A stretch of 64,000 nt of DNA, taken from the NCBI RefSeq assembly GCF_006345805.1, contig NC_042998.1:154132001-154196000 (forward strand). Direction: 5' to 3'. A program made the translations under genes and the position numbers. The stretch comes from Octopus sinensis (Eukaryota). Positions 38,782 to 52,025 of the stretch are shown here, piece by piece (positions within the stretch are counted from its first letter, which is position 1; every line of letters begins with the position of its first letter). Under the pieces are notes generated by a model. That model ran no database searches and was not told the DNA's origin. It saw only the letters and a program-made list of their open reading frames with translations.

Positions 38782-38784
<3 letters not shown>
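38447..38784. repeat. Near-perfect palindrome of PLE pseudo-LTR (125-bp arms, 13-nt loop) plus distal pLTR segment
   Basis: 38448-38572 is the reverse complement of 38586-38712; same family as 7655-7865. Confidence 0.9.
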
Positions 38785-38822
<38 letters not shown>

Positions 38823-38961
38823 TAAATGTAGATATATATATGTATATATATATATTATGCATATATATTATATATATATATATATATATGTATATATTAT
38901 GCATATATATATATATATATATATTCTATTTTCATATTAGGTATATATATTAGATATATAT

Positions 38962-39004
<43 letters not shown>

Positions 39005-39287
39005 TATATCATATTGTAAGAATTTACAGATAAAGAAAAGATGAAGATGGGTATGTAAAGAACAAACAGATGTCTTAGTTTAACGGTCAAGAAGTAAGAA
39101 AGTCTTACATTTCAAGCCCACACTCTTGACAGAAAGGAACACTGAAATAAATAGGGAGACAAAATAGAAAGTCGTTTTGTGGCTATTGATCTATCATGGT
39201 GAATGCCAAACAGACACATCACACAGGAGGCCTAGGAAGAAGGTGAAATAAATAATGTAATGGTGATAATAAAGCAGTTGTGATTTC

Positions 39288-40900
39288 AGTCATCCCTCCC
39301 TCGTCAACCTAAGGGATACGTATGGACTGCAGTTTCTAGGTATTGACCTGTCGTCGGCGTACGACAATCACCGGTTTTCGATGAAGGGATCTCCCAATGC
39401 AAATACTTTTAACGTTTTCCAGTAACTTTTTCGTCACTGATTTCGAAAAACTATCTACAAGCTATAATAAACCTCTGAACGAGGTATAAACAGTAACTGC
39501 ACGACAATGTGAGGTATACTTGCCATCTCAATATGGCTAACCACTAAGAGTGGGTGTTACTGTAGCTTCTAGCCCCAGGAGAACATCGTCTCCGGCTGGC
39601 TTTAGGCACACTTTCTGTGCCCTTATGGTATTTGCAAAGGGAGGTCATCCCTCCCTCGTCAACCTATGTGATACGCCCAGACTGCAGTTTCTAGGTATTG
39701 ACCTGTCGTCGGCATATGACAATCACCGGTTTTTGATGAAGGGATGTCCCGGAGACGATGTTCTCCTGGGGATACAAGCTACTGTAACACCCACCCTTAG
39801 TGGCTAGCCATATTGAGATGGCAAGTATACCTCACATTGTCGTGCAGTTACTGTTTATACCTCGTTCAGAGGTTTATTATTGAATTGTATGTCATTATCC
39901 AGTAAGATTTGGGAATTGAGTTTAGCCTCAAATGGGAAATAATAAGAAAAGCACAGCCTTATGGAAATAGCCAATATGGGTGCGAGCTTTGCTCTATAGA
40001 AACATTTATTTATTTATAAAATTATTCTAAGTTTTTGTATCTCTATAAATTCATACTTAGCTTATATAAAACTATACTGATATATTCACTACTTATAAGA
40101 AAACTGCTTAGATTAAAATTTTATTAATATATCAATAGCATGTTCTTTTACCTCAATACTCTTTAATACCAGTAAATATCATTTAATCAATATTCACAGA
40201 TACCATCTGATGAGTTAGTATATAAGTATACAATATGTATAAATATTAAACTATTTCTATATAATTTCTTTTCCTCCCTCTATTGTGGTATAAAAGTTTG
40301 ATATATACTCATAAGTATTCATAAATTTCTATCCTTTTGTTACAATATTCTCAATAATCTCTTGAATAACCCTAAACTTCAACTGTATATTTAACTATAA
40401 TACTACATGATAAGACTTACCCTGTTTCATTTTCAATAGTCTGCTAATGGGCAACCCCTTAATTATCAGCTAACATCTTGTTTTAAGTTTTACCTTACTA
40501 AACCTTATGACATTGCTTCTAATAAATCTTGATTCTTATGACTATACTATCTAGAATGTGTACATACTCCCTCAGCCCTACCCCAAACAAATATGGCCCT
40601 CTGTTCTCTCAGCCTTAAATATACAAGGGATTTGATAAACTAGTCTATAAATTAAAACTAACCCTATAAAAAATCAAAAAATCAGTGACAGGCAGTGTCT
40701 CCTTGAAAATTTTAGTTACGACTATGCTGTTGTAGGTACAATATGTTCTTTGTCTATCTCCTTAACTTCTTGGAGATTTTTAGGTATAATTATACTAATG
40801 TGTCCATCTGTTCTAATTTAATTAAATTCTATGTCTTTGTACAGCTGAAGATTGCTCTACATTTTAAATTGATATAATGATTGCATTGTTCAATTAAATG
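39288..40900. mobile_element. Decayed PLE-like remnant with direct and inverted pLTR pieces
   Basis: ~105-bp direct repeats (39288, 39645); inverted arms ~39470-39600 / 39747-39880; WEIIRKAQPY..CELC endonuclease C-terminus at ~39935-40005 (+); possible RT trace YISNFYTTI (minus) near 40290. Confidence 0.5.
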
Positions 40901-41014
40901 GAGTTGCATGAAACAATCCTACTGCATTACCTCTGGATATCCTTATTGCTTATTTTGATTATACATTATATATATATATATACATATATATATATTGTAT
41001 ATATATATATATCA

Positions 41015-41068
<54 letters not shown>

Positions 41069-41161
41069 TATATATATATATATCATATATATATATATAT
41101 CATATATATATATATCATATATATATATATATATATATCATATATATATATATATATAATA

Positions 41162-41195
<34 letters not shown>

Positions 41196-41228
41196 CATAT
41201 ATATATATATCATTATATATATATATAT

Positions 41229-42027
41229 CATCATCATCATCATCGTTTAACGTCCGCTTTCCATGCTAGCATGGGTTGGATTGTTCAACTGGGGTCTGGC
41301 AAGCCCGAAGGCTGCACCAGGCCAGTCAGATCTGGCAGTGTTTCTACAGCTGGATGCCCTTCCTAACGCCAACCACTCCGAGAGTGTAGTGGATGATTTT
41401 ATGTGCCACCGACACAGGTGCCAGACGAGGCTGGCAGACGGTCACGCTCGAATGGTGTTTTTTATGTGCCACCGACACAGGTGCCAGACGAGGCTGGCAG
41501 ATGGCCACGCTCAGATGGTGTTTTTTATGTGCCACCGACACAGGTGCCAGACGAGGCTGGCGAACGGCTACGATCGGATGGTGTTTGTTACGTGCCCACA
41601 GCACGGGGCCAGTCGATGCGGTACTGGCTACGGTCCCGTGCAGATGGTTTTCTTATGTGCCACCGGCACTGGTACCACAAGGATACAAATTCCATTGATG
41701 TTCATCTATTTGATTTGATTCGATTTGACTTGACTTTCACTTGCCTCAACAGCTCTTCACAAGTGTCACAAGCAGGAAGGTATGCACAGGTGGACTGACT
41801 ACGTCCCAGGTAGTGGCCATGGGTTATGGCTTCACTAGTCTTGCCGGGTCTTCTCACGCACAGCATACTTCCATAGGTCTCGGTCTCTAGTCATTTCCAT
41901 GGTGAGACCTAACGTTCGAAGGTCGTGCTTCACCACCTCGTCCCAGGTTTTCCTGGGTCTACCTCTTCCACGGGTTCCCTCAACTGCTAGGGATTGGCAC
42001 TTTCTCACACACCTATCTCCATCCATC
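41229..42027 (-). mobile_element. RTE LINE 3' portion
   Basis: (CAT)n tail; RGRGRPRKTWDEVV (41835-42068). Confidence 0.9.
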
Positions 42028-42063
42028 ATATATATATATATATTATCATATATATATATATAT

Positions 42064-42106
<43 letters not shown>

Positions 42107-42344
42107 TATATATATCATTATATATATATATATATATATGATATATATATATATATGATATATATATATATATGATATATATATATATATATCATATATA
42201 TATATATCATATATATATATGATATATAATATATATTATATATCATATATATATATATAATAATATATATATATATATTATATATATATATCATATATAT
42301 ATATATGATATATATATATATATATATCATATATATATATATAT

Positions 42345-42379
<35 letters not shown>

Positions 42380-42514
42380 TATATATATATGATATATATA
42401 TATATATATATCATATATATATATATATATATCATATTATATATATATATATATATCATATATATATATATATCATATATATATATATTATATATATATA
42501 ATATATATATATAT
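42028..42514. repeat. Interrupted (TA)n array
   Basis: Direct reading. Confidence 0.95.
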
Positions 42515-43019
42515 AAAAATCAAATCAAAACAAATCAAAATAGTTGAACATCAATGGAATTTGTATCTTTGTGGTACCAGTGCCGGTGGCACGTGGCACA
42601 CAATAAAACCATCCGAACGTGGCCGCATCGACTGGCCTCCGTGCTGTGGGCACGTAACAAGCACCATCCGATCGTGGCCGTTTGCCAGCCTCATCTGGCA
42701 CCTGTGTCGGTGGCACATAAAAACACCATCCGAGCGTGGCCGTCTGCCAGCCTCGTCTGGCACCTGTGTCGGTGGCACATAAAAAACACCATCCGAGCGT
42801 GGCCGTTTGCCAGCCTCGTCTGGCACCTGTGTCGGTGGCACATAAAATCACCCACTACACTCTCGGAGTGGTTGGCGTTAGGAAGGGCATCCAGCTGTAG
42901 AAACACTGCCAGATCTGACTGGACTGGTGCAGCTTTCGGGCTCCCCAGACCCCAGTTGAACCGTCCAACCCATGCTAGCATGGAAAGCGGACGTTAAATG
43001 ATGATGATGATGATGATGA

Positions 43020-43023
<4 letters not shown>
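42515..43023 (+). mobile_element. RTE LINE 3' UTR
   Basis: Near-identical to 24700-25222. Confidence 0.9.
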
Positions 43024-43060
<37 letters not shown>

Positions 43061-43063
<3 letters not shown>

Positions 43064-45260
43064 TTTATTTAAAAGTAGAAGAAATATAACAAAAGCTGTT
43101 ACTCAGAGTTTCATGTTCCCGTTCGTTGGACAGTTTTGTTAAAATAGAACAGAAATAGTGATATCAAAACTAGTTAAAGGATACACCTTTAAAAATGGAT
43201 TTGTTTCATTGGTCCTTTCAAATAACGGACTTAAGCATGCGATAAACAAAATAAATGAATTCAATATAAATTCATCCTATTATAAAAAATCAAAGAAAAA
43301 CCTTAAATCGAAGAGCGGATTCAAAATACATATTGTCATTAATTATATATGAAATATAATTCGATTAATTCAATTAATACATTAAAAATTGAAATATTTT
43401 ACAACAGTATATACTCATACTAAACCATCAATATACATATATACATCAAAATACACAGATGGATATACACAGACCACATTCATATGCAGATATATATATG
43501 TAAGATGTAAATATACACACAAATACACATATACATTTTCTTTCTTTTTTCTTTTATTCTTTTACTTGTTTCAGTCATTTGACTGCGGCCATGCTGGAGC
43601 ACCGCCTTTAGTCGAGCAAATTGACCCCAGGACTTATTCTTGTAAGCCCAGTACTTATTCTATCGGTCTCTTTTGCGAAACCGCTAAGTGACGGGGACGT
43701 AAACACACCAGCATCGGTTGTCAAACAATGCTAGGGGGACACACACATGCATATATATATATATACATATATACGACGGGCTTCTTTCAGTTTCCGTCTA
43801 CCAAATCCACTCACAAGGCTTTGGTCGGCCCGAGGCTACAGTAGAAGACAATTGCCCAAGGTGCCACGCAGTGGGACTGAACCCGGAACCATGTGGTTGG
43901 TAAACAAGCTACTTACCACACAGCCACTCCTGCACCTATACATATGTACACAATCTTGCCCACATGCAAAAATCACTTGGTGTATACATTTAGACTAGAA
44001 GTAAAACGTAGAGAGGGGGAAGAAAAAGAAAAGGTAAAGTAAGGATCATATAAGCAACAGTTAGCTAAAGAAGTGAGTAAGAGAAGGGGAGGGGGCATAG
44101 AGAAAAAATACTTTTCCATAACAAAAGAAAGGAAGAAAGAAAGAAGTCTGAATATGCATAACAAATGTACACAAAATAAAATTACGTATACAGGTGTATA
44201 TAAAAGTGTATATTAGCAGTAAATCCACATATAAGAACACATATATAAATATATAGAGATAAGTACGTAAATACACATCCACATAAATTCAAGTGAATAC
44301 ATGCATACATATACATCCATGTAGGTATGTGCATAAGTATAAACATACACGCTTACTTACACATATACATAGGCGCATACATACGAATACATATGCATGC
44401 CAACAATACAAATATCCACATAAAAGCATGTCTAGGTCCTGATGTATATACAAACAACATTATTTTTAAAAATTGCTGAGTGCATAATAATAAAATTCGG
44501 ATAAATGACATGCAAAATAGAACACCCCATATCGAATTATCTATAAATTAAACGATTAAAATGGGTTTATAAAATACAATAAAATGAAATAAAATAAAAG
44601 CAGAATCTTTAAGAAGAAAATAATATTTGCATATAACAGTCGAAGGTTTTCCTTAAGAAATATGTCGAAATATATACAATAACTTTGTGATGCGGAATAA
44701 ATCATGCATAATAAGAAACAAATCCAACAATGTGATTAAAAACCAGTCTAAGAATCAAAAATATATGCTATCCATAAGGTATATTGCTAGCCAACAGTTT
44801 AAATTTAGCTGCGTGTCTGCAGGAATTCAAGAGTTTGCTTCTTTGATTTAAAGAGTTTTTGTCCTGGAATAAAATGAAATATTTTTCCAGCAGGCATAAA
44901 TCACACTTGGTGGGTCTTTTATGTGCACCGTGCCTGTATGGTGTAGCTCTATCCAAAATACTCCATGTCACGTTGAAAGGTTGGGCTTCTTTTTCTTTTA
45001 ATTCCCAGACATATTTCGCCAGGTTGGTCTTCGTCCTATTTTCGGGGTATCTGAAGGAATTTTTATGCGAATAGAATCAGGTTTTGAAAAAATTTTCAGA
45101 AGCCCTTATAAAGTTCTATATTCGCGTGAGCCTTCTATCTGCACCTTGGCTCTATACACGATTCCTTTCTCCAGACATTTCCCTTCCAATGGACAGGAGG
45201 ACCCATCTTTGCAATTACAATTCTTAAGAAGAGAATCAGCACTTTTGCTGAAAAGAAGTA
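43061..45260 (-). mobile_element. Second Neptune-type PLE 3' fragment (endonuclease C-terminus plus pseudo-LTR), interrupted by a SINE
   Basis: KNCNCKDGSSCPLEGKC at ~45230; TWSILDRATPYRHG...CDLCLLEK...CRHAAKFKL (44768-44971); pLTR homologous to 7740-8300 with a degenerate hammerhead (CCAACGA) at 43096-43133. Confidence 0.8.
43555..43938 (-). mobile_element. Full-length tRNA-derived SINE
   Basis: Head ggagtggctgtgtggtaag...ggttcagtccc; 3' tail shared with the CR1-like LINE. Confidence 0.9.
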
Positions 45261-46528
45261 ATTGATGCTAAGCATAATACAAAATATGGAAAATCATGAT
45301 GTCTATAAATAAATATGTGCCCTATCTGGGTCAGAAAATGATAGCAAGATGGGTGATTACTGCAAAAAAACAAGACTAATATATAGATTATAAAGGCCCA
45401 TCTTGTGGCACATAGCTATGAGGGAGATTCAAGTAATCTAAAAACATACACTTTGAAGCCATAAATTTAATAATGTTAATCGTGTCACTTATGAATTGGT
45501 GAGTACAGACTCTTAATTTCATCTCAGTATTTTTGCAGGATGATATACTGGAGAGAGAGTTGTTCTTTATGCATGTCAAAAGTAAGCTGAGGAAATGCAT
45601 CTATGGATTGAATGATGCATGTTGGTCATCAAATTGAGAGGATTAGTGAATGTTTACAACAATATTTTATTTATATGGCATGATGCAAGTAAGATGGGCA
45701 ATATCAAAAACACTTTGGGAGTATATGACTCTTGGTTACTGTAAACTTATTACTAAAGGCTTCTGAACAAAAACTTACAAAGAAAAGAAATTTCTTTGAA
45801 TAAAGAGAGCACAAATGAAATAAAGAAATGTTTAGTAGAATTGTTAGTATTTCTAGTGAAAATGTTGGATTGGAAAATATGTTGCACTAGAAATAGGAAA
45901 CAGTCACTGTTTTAGTAGTACATGAACAGAAGGTTTCATCTCCATTTTTACCCAACATTTATTAATGTCATTAATAAAAGAAAGAACCTCACTCTCTCTC
46001 TCTGTCTCCCTCTCTCTGTTTTTAAATGCAATATAGAGAAGAAGAATAATGGTACTGATAACAAAAAATAAAGACAAATACTATTTATTTCAGTTGTTAC
46101 TGTTGTTGTAATTGTTGTGACAGCATGTGTGTAGGTGGCAAGAGCAATCATATCACTATAACACTAATACTGCTGCAAATTATTTAGTGTCTAAAAATAA
46201 TCAGATTTGGCTAGTATGGAAAAATAGAAGTAAAATAATGTTAAAAAGTCCCCCTAGACATTAACACTATTTCAGGGTAACAACTATCACAAGCAATTCC
46301 CACTGATCAGGAATTAAAATGACAATAGTTAGATTTTGTTAACTTTTTCATATCTGGTATAGAATTTAAAAGATGATTTCATTTTGCTGTTTGGTGAGGA
46401 GATGAAAAGTTAGATAAATTTAAAGCATCAGCAAATAATTTATTTCCTATTCAGTCTTTCTTCAAATCATGTAACATATAAAAAAATACACAAAATTTAC
46501 TGTTATTTATTTTATTTGCTTCTGACAG

Positions 46529-46590
46529 GCTATGGTTGATGATTATTGGAAAGCTTTTGAGTTCAATGGCCCCAAAGAAGTTTCTATGAA
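46529..46590 (+). CDS. SH3BP2: Coding exon (AMVDDYWKAFEFNGPKEVSM[K]), start of the SH2 domain
   Basis: Acceptor tttatttgcttctgacag; donor gtaagt at 46591; 62 nt, phase 0 to 2, completing AAG with the next exon. Confidence 0.8.
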
Positions 46591-46764
46591 GTAAGTATAA
46601 TGTACTTACTATAAGTATAAATATAATGAGAAAAGACAGCCATTTCATCAGCCAATTTGCTGTGTTTATTAAAATATACTATATATCTAAAATTATTAAA
46701 GTAAAACTGTTTACAACAAATTCAAAGTATATGAGAGTATGCTGGAACCATACAAAATAAAGTA

Positions 46765-48028
46765 TTGGGTTATCCCATAAATAATGCAGTTTTCTCAATT
46801 GCATGAACTAAAAGTCGGAGTGGGGGCAGGATAAACTACCTGCATCAACTTGCTATAAAAGCGGGTAGTAATTTTACCTTCTGCTTATTCTTAGTGTGTG
46901 TTTTTAAGAGTGGGATTTGATTTTAACAGTTATTTTTTTCAAAGTTATAATGGAAGTGACAAAGGAGCATATTCAGTATATTTTGCTTTATCAGTTCAAT
47001 AAAGGCAACAGCACAATGGAAAGTGCAAGGAATATTAAGGCAGTATATGAGGATTGGACAATAAGTGTTAGCCAGCGTCAACGGTGGTTCCAGAAATTCT
47101 GAGCTGGAAACTACAGCCTAGAAGATGAGCCTCATCCTGGAAGATCTGTAGAGCTTGATGAGGATGTCTGCAAACCCTGGTGGAACAAAATCCCATCATA
47201 ACTGTTGAGGAACTAGCAGAGAAGCTTGGATTTGGTCATTCAACCATTCATTGACACCTGCATGCCACCAGAAAATTCATCAAATTGAGTCAATGGGTTT
47301 CTGAGTCTAATCATGCACAGAGAGGGAAATGTGCTCTTCTTTGCTGTCACATCTCATAAATGAATCTTTTTTGGACTGTATAGTGACTGGTGTCAAGAAA
47401 TAGATTCTCTATAAAAATGTCAAGTGCCAAAGACAATGGGTAGAGAAAGGAGAAACACTGACACACCAGGCTAAAGGTCTTCACCCATGTAAGGTGTTGT
47501 TATCTGTTTGGTGGGATATGAAAGGTTTAGTCCATTTTGAACTTTTAAACCCAAACCAAATGATAACAAAGATGTACTATAAGTAGCTTGAGTGGTTTAA
47601 GTCAACACTAGAAGAAAAATGACCATCTTTGGTTTCAATACGAAAGGTGTTCTTCCATCAGGATAATGCTTGGCCACATACAGTGAGGATGACTTTCCAA
47701 AGGCTGGGGCAGTTTGAATGGGAAACGATACCCCACCCACCATATTTGCCAGACATTGCCCCATCTGATTATCATTTATTCCATAGTCTTCAAAATCATT
47801 TGAACAGAAAAAATTTGTGGTCAGAACAGTATTGGAGGAATATTTTTCGTCATGGACAAGTGAATTTTGGAAGAGGGGCTTTGCAGTCTACCACATAGAT
47901 TCAAGCACATTATAGAAAATGAAGGAGAGTATATTTTAGATTAAAAAAGAACTTTGTTTATCTTAATTTTGAAAAATACAGCATTATTTATGTAAAAAAA
48001 ATGCAGCATTATTTATGGGATGACCCAA
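46765..48028 (+). mobile_element. Mariner DNA transposon, full length, defective
   Basis: TA|TTGGGTTATCCCATAAATAATGC ... GCATTATTTATGGGATGACCCAA|TA; 1264 bp; FFHQDNAWPH, PDIAPSDYHLF. Confidence 0.95.
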
Positions 48029-48430
48029 TATATCACAAAGTTTTTGTAAAATGTGTCAAAGATAGATGTTTGATGACTACTCCACACTATGAATAATTTT
48101 CAAGATACATTATTAATATAGCCAACACTATATACTATCACTACTTTAGCATCAGCATCACTTCCTATTTTCATGCTTTTTTTTAGGGCAAATGAATTGT
48201 ACTACATCTCCTCATTGAAAAAAGTACACAAGATTTAATGAATATGCTGATCATTTTAGCCCTCTTTCACTTAAGATTTAATTCAAATCTTATACTAGAA
48301 TTTATATATATATATATATATATATGTTCATTTAAAGTTCTTAGTTTTCCTGCTTTGGGTGTTTGTAATTCAGTAAAATGAATTTATTAAAATTCTAAAT
48401 TTATTAAGCCAGTCAGTACACCAACAATTA

Positions 48431-49504
48431 ATCATCATCTGCTTTCCATGCTAGCATGGTTGGACGATTTGACTGAGTACTGGCAAACCAGATGGCTGCA
48501 CCAGACTCCAATCTGATCTGGCAGAGTTTCTACAGCTGGATGCCCTTCCTAATGCCAACCACTCCGAGAATGTAGTGGGTGCTTTTACATGCTACCGGCA
48601 TAAAGGCCAGTCAGGCAGTACTGGCAATGGCCATGCTCAAATGGTGTTTTTTACATGCCACCTGCATAGGAGCCAGTCCAGCGGCACTTGCAACGACCTC
48701 GCTCAAATGTTTTTCACGTGCCACCAGCACAAGTGCCAGTAAGGCGATGCTGGTAACAATCATGCTCAAATGGTGCTTTTTATGTGCCAGTTTGTTGCTC
48801 GGACAACCATCACACTCAGATAGTACTCTTAGCGCTCCACCAGCATGGATGCCAGTCATCGAATTTGATTTCGATTTCGATTTCACTTGCCTCAACAAGT
48901 CTTCGCAAGCAGTGTTTAGTATCCAATGAAGGAAAGGTACACATAAGTTGGCTGGTTACACCCCTGGCATAGGCCACGAAGTTATGGTCTCACTTGGCTT
49001 TCCAAGTCTGCTCAAGTACAGCATATTTCCAAAGATCTCGGTCACTAGTCATTGCCTCGGTGAGGCCTGATGTTCGAAGGTCATGCTTCACCACCTCATC
49101 CCAGGTTTTCCTGGGTCTACCTCTTCCACAAGTTCCCTCAACTGCTAGGGTGTGGCACTTTTTCACACAGCTATCCTCATCCATACTCGCCACATGGCCA
49201 TAACAGTGCAGTCATCTCTCTTGCACACCACATCTGATGCTTCTTAGGTCCAACTTTTCTCTCAAGGTACCTACACTCTGTTGAGTATGAACACTGACAT
49301 TACACATCCATCGGAGCATACTGGCTTCATTCCTTCCAAGCTTATACATGTCCTTAGTAGTCACGGCCCATGTTTCACTGCCATGTAGCATGGCTGTTCG
49401 TACATATGTGTCATACAGTCTACCTTTTACTCTGAGCGAGAGGCCCTTTGTCACAGCAGAGGTAAGAGCTCTCTGAACTTTGCCCAGGCTATTCTTATTC
49501 TAGC
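48431..49504 (-). mobile_element. 5'-truncated RTE LINE 3' portion
   Basis: HGSETW (49212-49454), RGRPRKTW (48990-49193), conserved 3' end. Confidence 0.9.
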
Positions 49505-50384
49505 GTTGTAATTAATTTTGCTCTTTAAAACTCAGTCTTCAGTCAGTGACTTCTAAAGTTTTGAAACCATAACTTTGTGTATCTGTTTTATATAATTGAA
49601 AGGGAATGGATTGGCGATCCATATGCTGAAAAGATTAGTAGTTGCCATTACCATACTGTCTTCAATGCTTTCTGATTCAGTCTATCTAGCTGTAAGCAGG
49701 TACAGCGCTTGACAGTATGCAACATAAATATTGTATAATTAGCAAATATTCCATTAGCATACAATGCTGAGTTTATATCTTCCTATGAATTTGGACCATG
49801 TTTGCTTGTACTTGATTTAGTTTCATGCAGTGGACTTAATATGAACAATCACTGTATTTCTGAACCAAATTCTTTTAAATTATAATGTAAATTTCTAAAA
49901 AAGCAATTTAAGTAGAACATGCTAAATCTGTTACAAGCACTATCAGTTCTATGTCCCTCAAAAGGATTTCATAAATAAGTGATAATAGTATATGTAAATC
50001 TGAATTACTAATGTTTTTGATTACATTTAAGAGCAATACATTATTAGTATTTATTGTTGTGTAACCTTTATCAAGCAAACCTGAAGGAGATTTAGCTTAT
50101 TCAAATATACTGGGTGATTGCATAGGCGCTCCTTCATTATTATTTTGTCTGAGGAGTAAAGACATTGCAGTTGTTGGCTTGATGTACATCTAATAGAAGA
50201 TTGAGGTGCTGAAGTTTCTGCAAAACTGAAGAATTTAAGGTTAGTGTTTTGCAAGAATACACTAGAGAGCCAAGTGTCCTTGGAAAGAAGGACTACATAT
50301 TGTATTCAGTGCAATGTTTAAGGAAAGTAATATAATATTGTTGGTAAGAATCATAATACCTTTTCAAATAGCTATTTCTTTTAT

Positions 50385-50692
50385 TGTTTACTTGTGTCAG
50401 TCATTAGACTGTGGTCATGCTGGAGCACCACCTTGAATAATTTTAGTCAAACAAATCAACCCCATGACTTTTTTTTAAAAGTTTGGTAGTTATTCTGTTG
50501 GTCTATATATAAGACAGGCTTCTATTGGGTATATATGACAGGCTTCTTTCAGTTTCCATCTACTGAATTTATTCACAAGGCTTTGGCTAGCCCAAGACTT
50601 TAGTAGAAAACACTTGCCCAAGGTGCTACACAGTGGGACTGAACCTGGAACCATGTGGTTGGGAAGCAAACTTCTTATCACACAGCCATGCT
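50385..50692 (-). mobile_element. tRNA-derived SINE (decayed)
   Basis: Homologous to 43555-43938. Confidence 0.8.
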
Positions 50693-50906
50693 TGGAAATT
50701 CTGAAAGCTTCTGTCTGTTAAAATATCCATAAAAGCTAGAGAAAGAAAGAATAGAGGAATTTGGTGAGCCAGATATTGACTTTTCTTAAATGAGATGAAC
50801 TGATCTGATAGGGGACATTCTTAGGGATATAGTGAAGAGAACTTTAATTGTCTGATGGGCGAGTTCTGCAGTTATTTTCTTTGTAAATTTTATTATGCTA
50901 ATACAG

Positions 50907-50976
50907 GTTGTTGACTGCACTTGAGGAATCTGGAGCTTACATGGTTAGAGAGAGTGAAAATAAAGTAGCCCCCAAG
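50907..50976 (+). CDS. SH3BP2: Coding exon (LLTALEESGAYMVRESENKVAPK), SH2 betaB strand with the FLVRES-type Arg
   Basis: Acceptor ctaatacag; donor AAG|gtaatc; 70 nt, phase 2 to 0; GAYMVRES. Confidence 0.88.
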
Positions 50977-51317
50977 GTAATCTGCTATTTCTTTTGTTCT
51001 GTGTGGAACAAGTAATTCCTTTCAGATTATTTGTTTCCTTTTTATATTGACATTAAAATTGTTTAAACTTTTAATTATTTTGGATTCATTGATTTTCAAT
51101 AACGAAGAGATTCATTTTTACTCGATAGTTCCAGTTGAAGAATTCTTTGCTTTAGCTGTTAGTCATATTAAAGAACATATACAGTGTTCAAATTTTTATA
51201 ACTCTGTATGATACTATGGTATTCAGTCTATAACATGTGTTGAGATAGGAAGTAAGAGTTAAGGTAAATTGCAATGACAATCATCATGGTAATTTTAATG
51301 TTTCCTTTTTTCCCTAG

Positions 51318-51386
51318 ACCTTACTTGTTTACTGTGCTGAATTAAAAAGAACTCAAAAGTATCAAATCTTTTATGAAAGTACTCCA
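51318..51386 (+). CDS. SH3BP2: Coding exon (TLLVYCAELKRTQKYQIFYESTP), SH2 betaC/betaD
   Basis: Acceptor tttccttttttccctag; donor gtaagt; 69 nt, phase 0-0. Confidence 0.88.
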
Positions 51387-52025
51387 GTAAGTTGAATATT
51401 TATGTTTTAGAGGTTTATCTTTATTTAAACTCTTATACATTGTCAGTTAAATAATTGAATAAGTACTTTGTGTCTCATCTTCAGCATCTCACATTATCAT
51501 CATCATCATCATTTAATGTCCGCTTTCCATGCTGGCATGGGTTGGATGGTTTGACTGAGGACTGACATGCCAGGAGGTTGCACCAGGCTCCAGTCTGATC
51601 TGGCAAGTTTTCTACTGCTGGATACCCTTCATAACATCAACCGCTCCAAGAGTGTAATAGGTGCTTTTTACCTGCCACTGGCATGGGAGCCAGTCAGGTG
51701 GCACTGGCATGGACCATGCTTGAATGGTGCCAATCAAATGACACTTGCATCAACTACGCTCAAATGGTGTTTTTTTTTACGTGCCACCAGCATGCGAGCC
51801 AATCAAGTAGCACTGGCATTGACCTCGCTTGGATGGTGTTTTTAACGTGCCACTGGCATGGGTGTCAATCAGGCAACACTGGCATTGGCCACGCTTGGAT
51901 GGTGCTTTTTACGTGCCTATAACACAGGTGCTAGTCAGGCAGTGCTGGCATTGGCCAGGACTATGATTTCGCTTGGCCCAACAGGTCTTCTCAAGCATAG
52001 CATATTGCTCAACGTTTAATGGGTA

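Noticed and set aside
43860-43938. tRNA-like sequences in SINE heads
   Set aside because: A/B boxes only; no complete cloverleaf; continuous with the SINE body.
45539-45581. Candidate 43-nt exon (ttttgcag|GATGAT...CAAAA|gtaagc)
   Set aside because: Good splice sites, but the length breaks the phase 0-0 frame and creates a TGA in the next exon; no homology clue. At most a poison exon; needs RNA-seq.
49600-49640. EWIGDPYAEK as a possible SH2 betaA exon
   Set aside because: No phase-2 donor; exon 46529-46590 fits the phase exactly.
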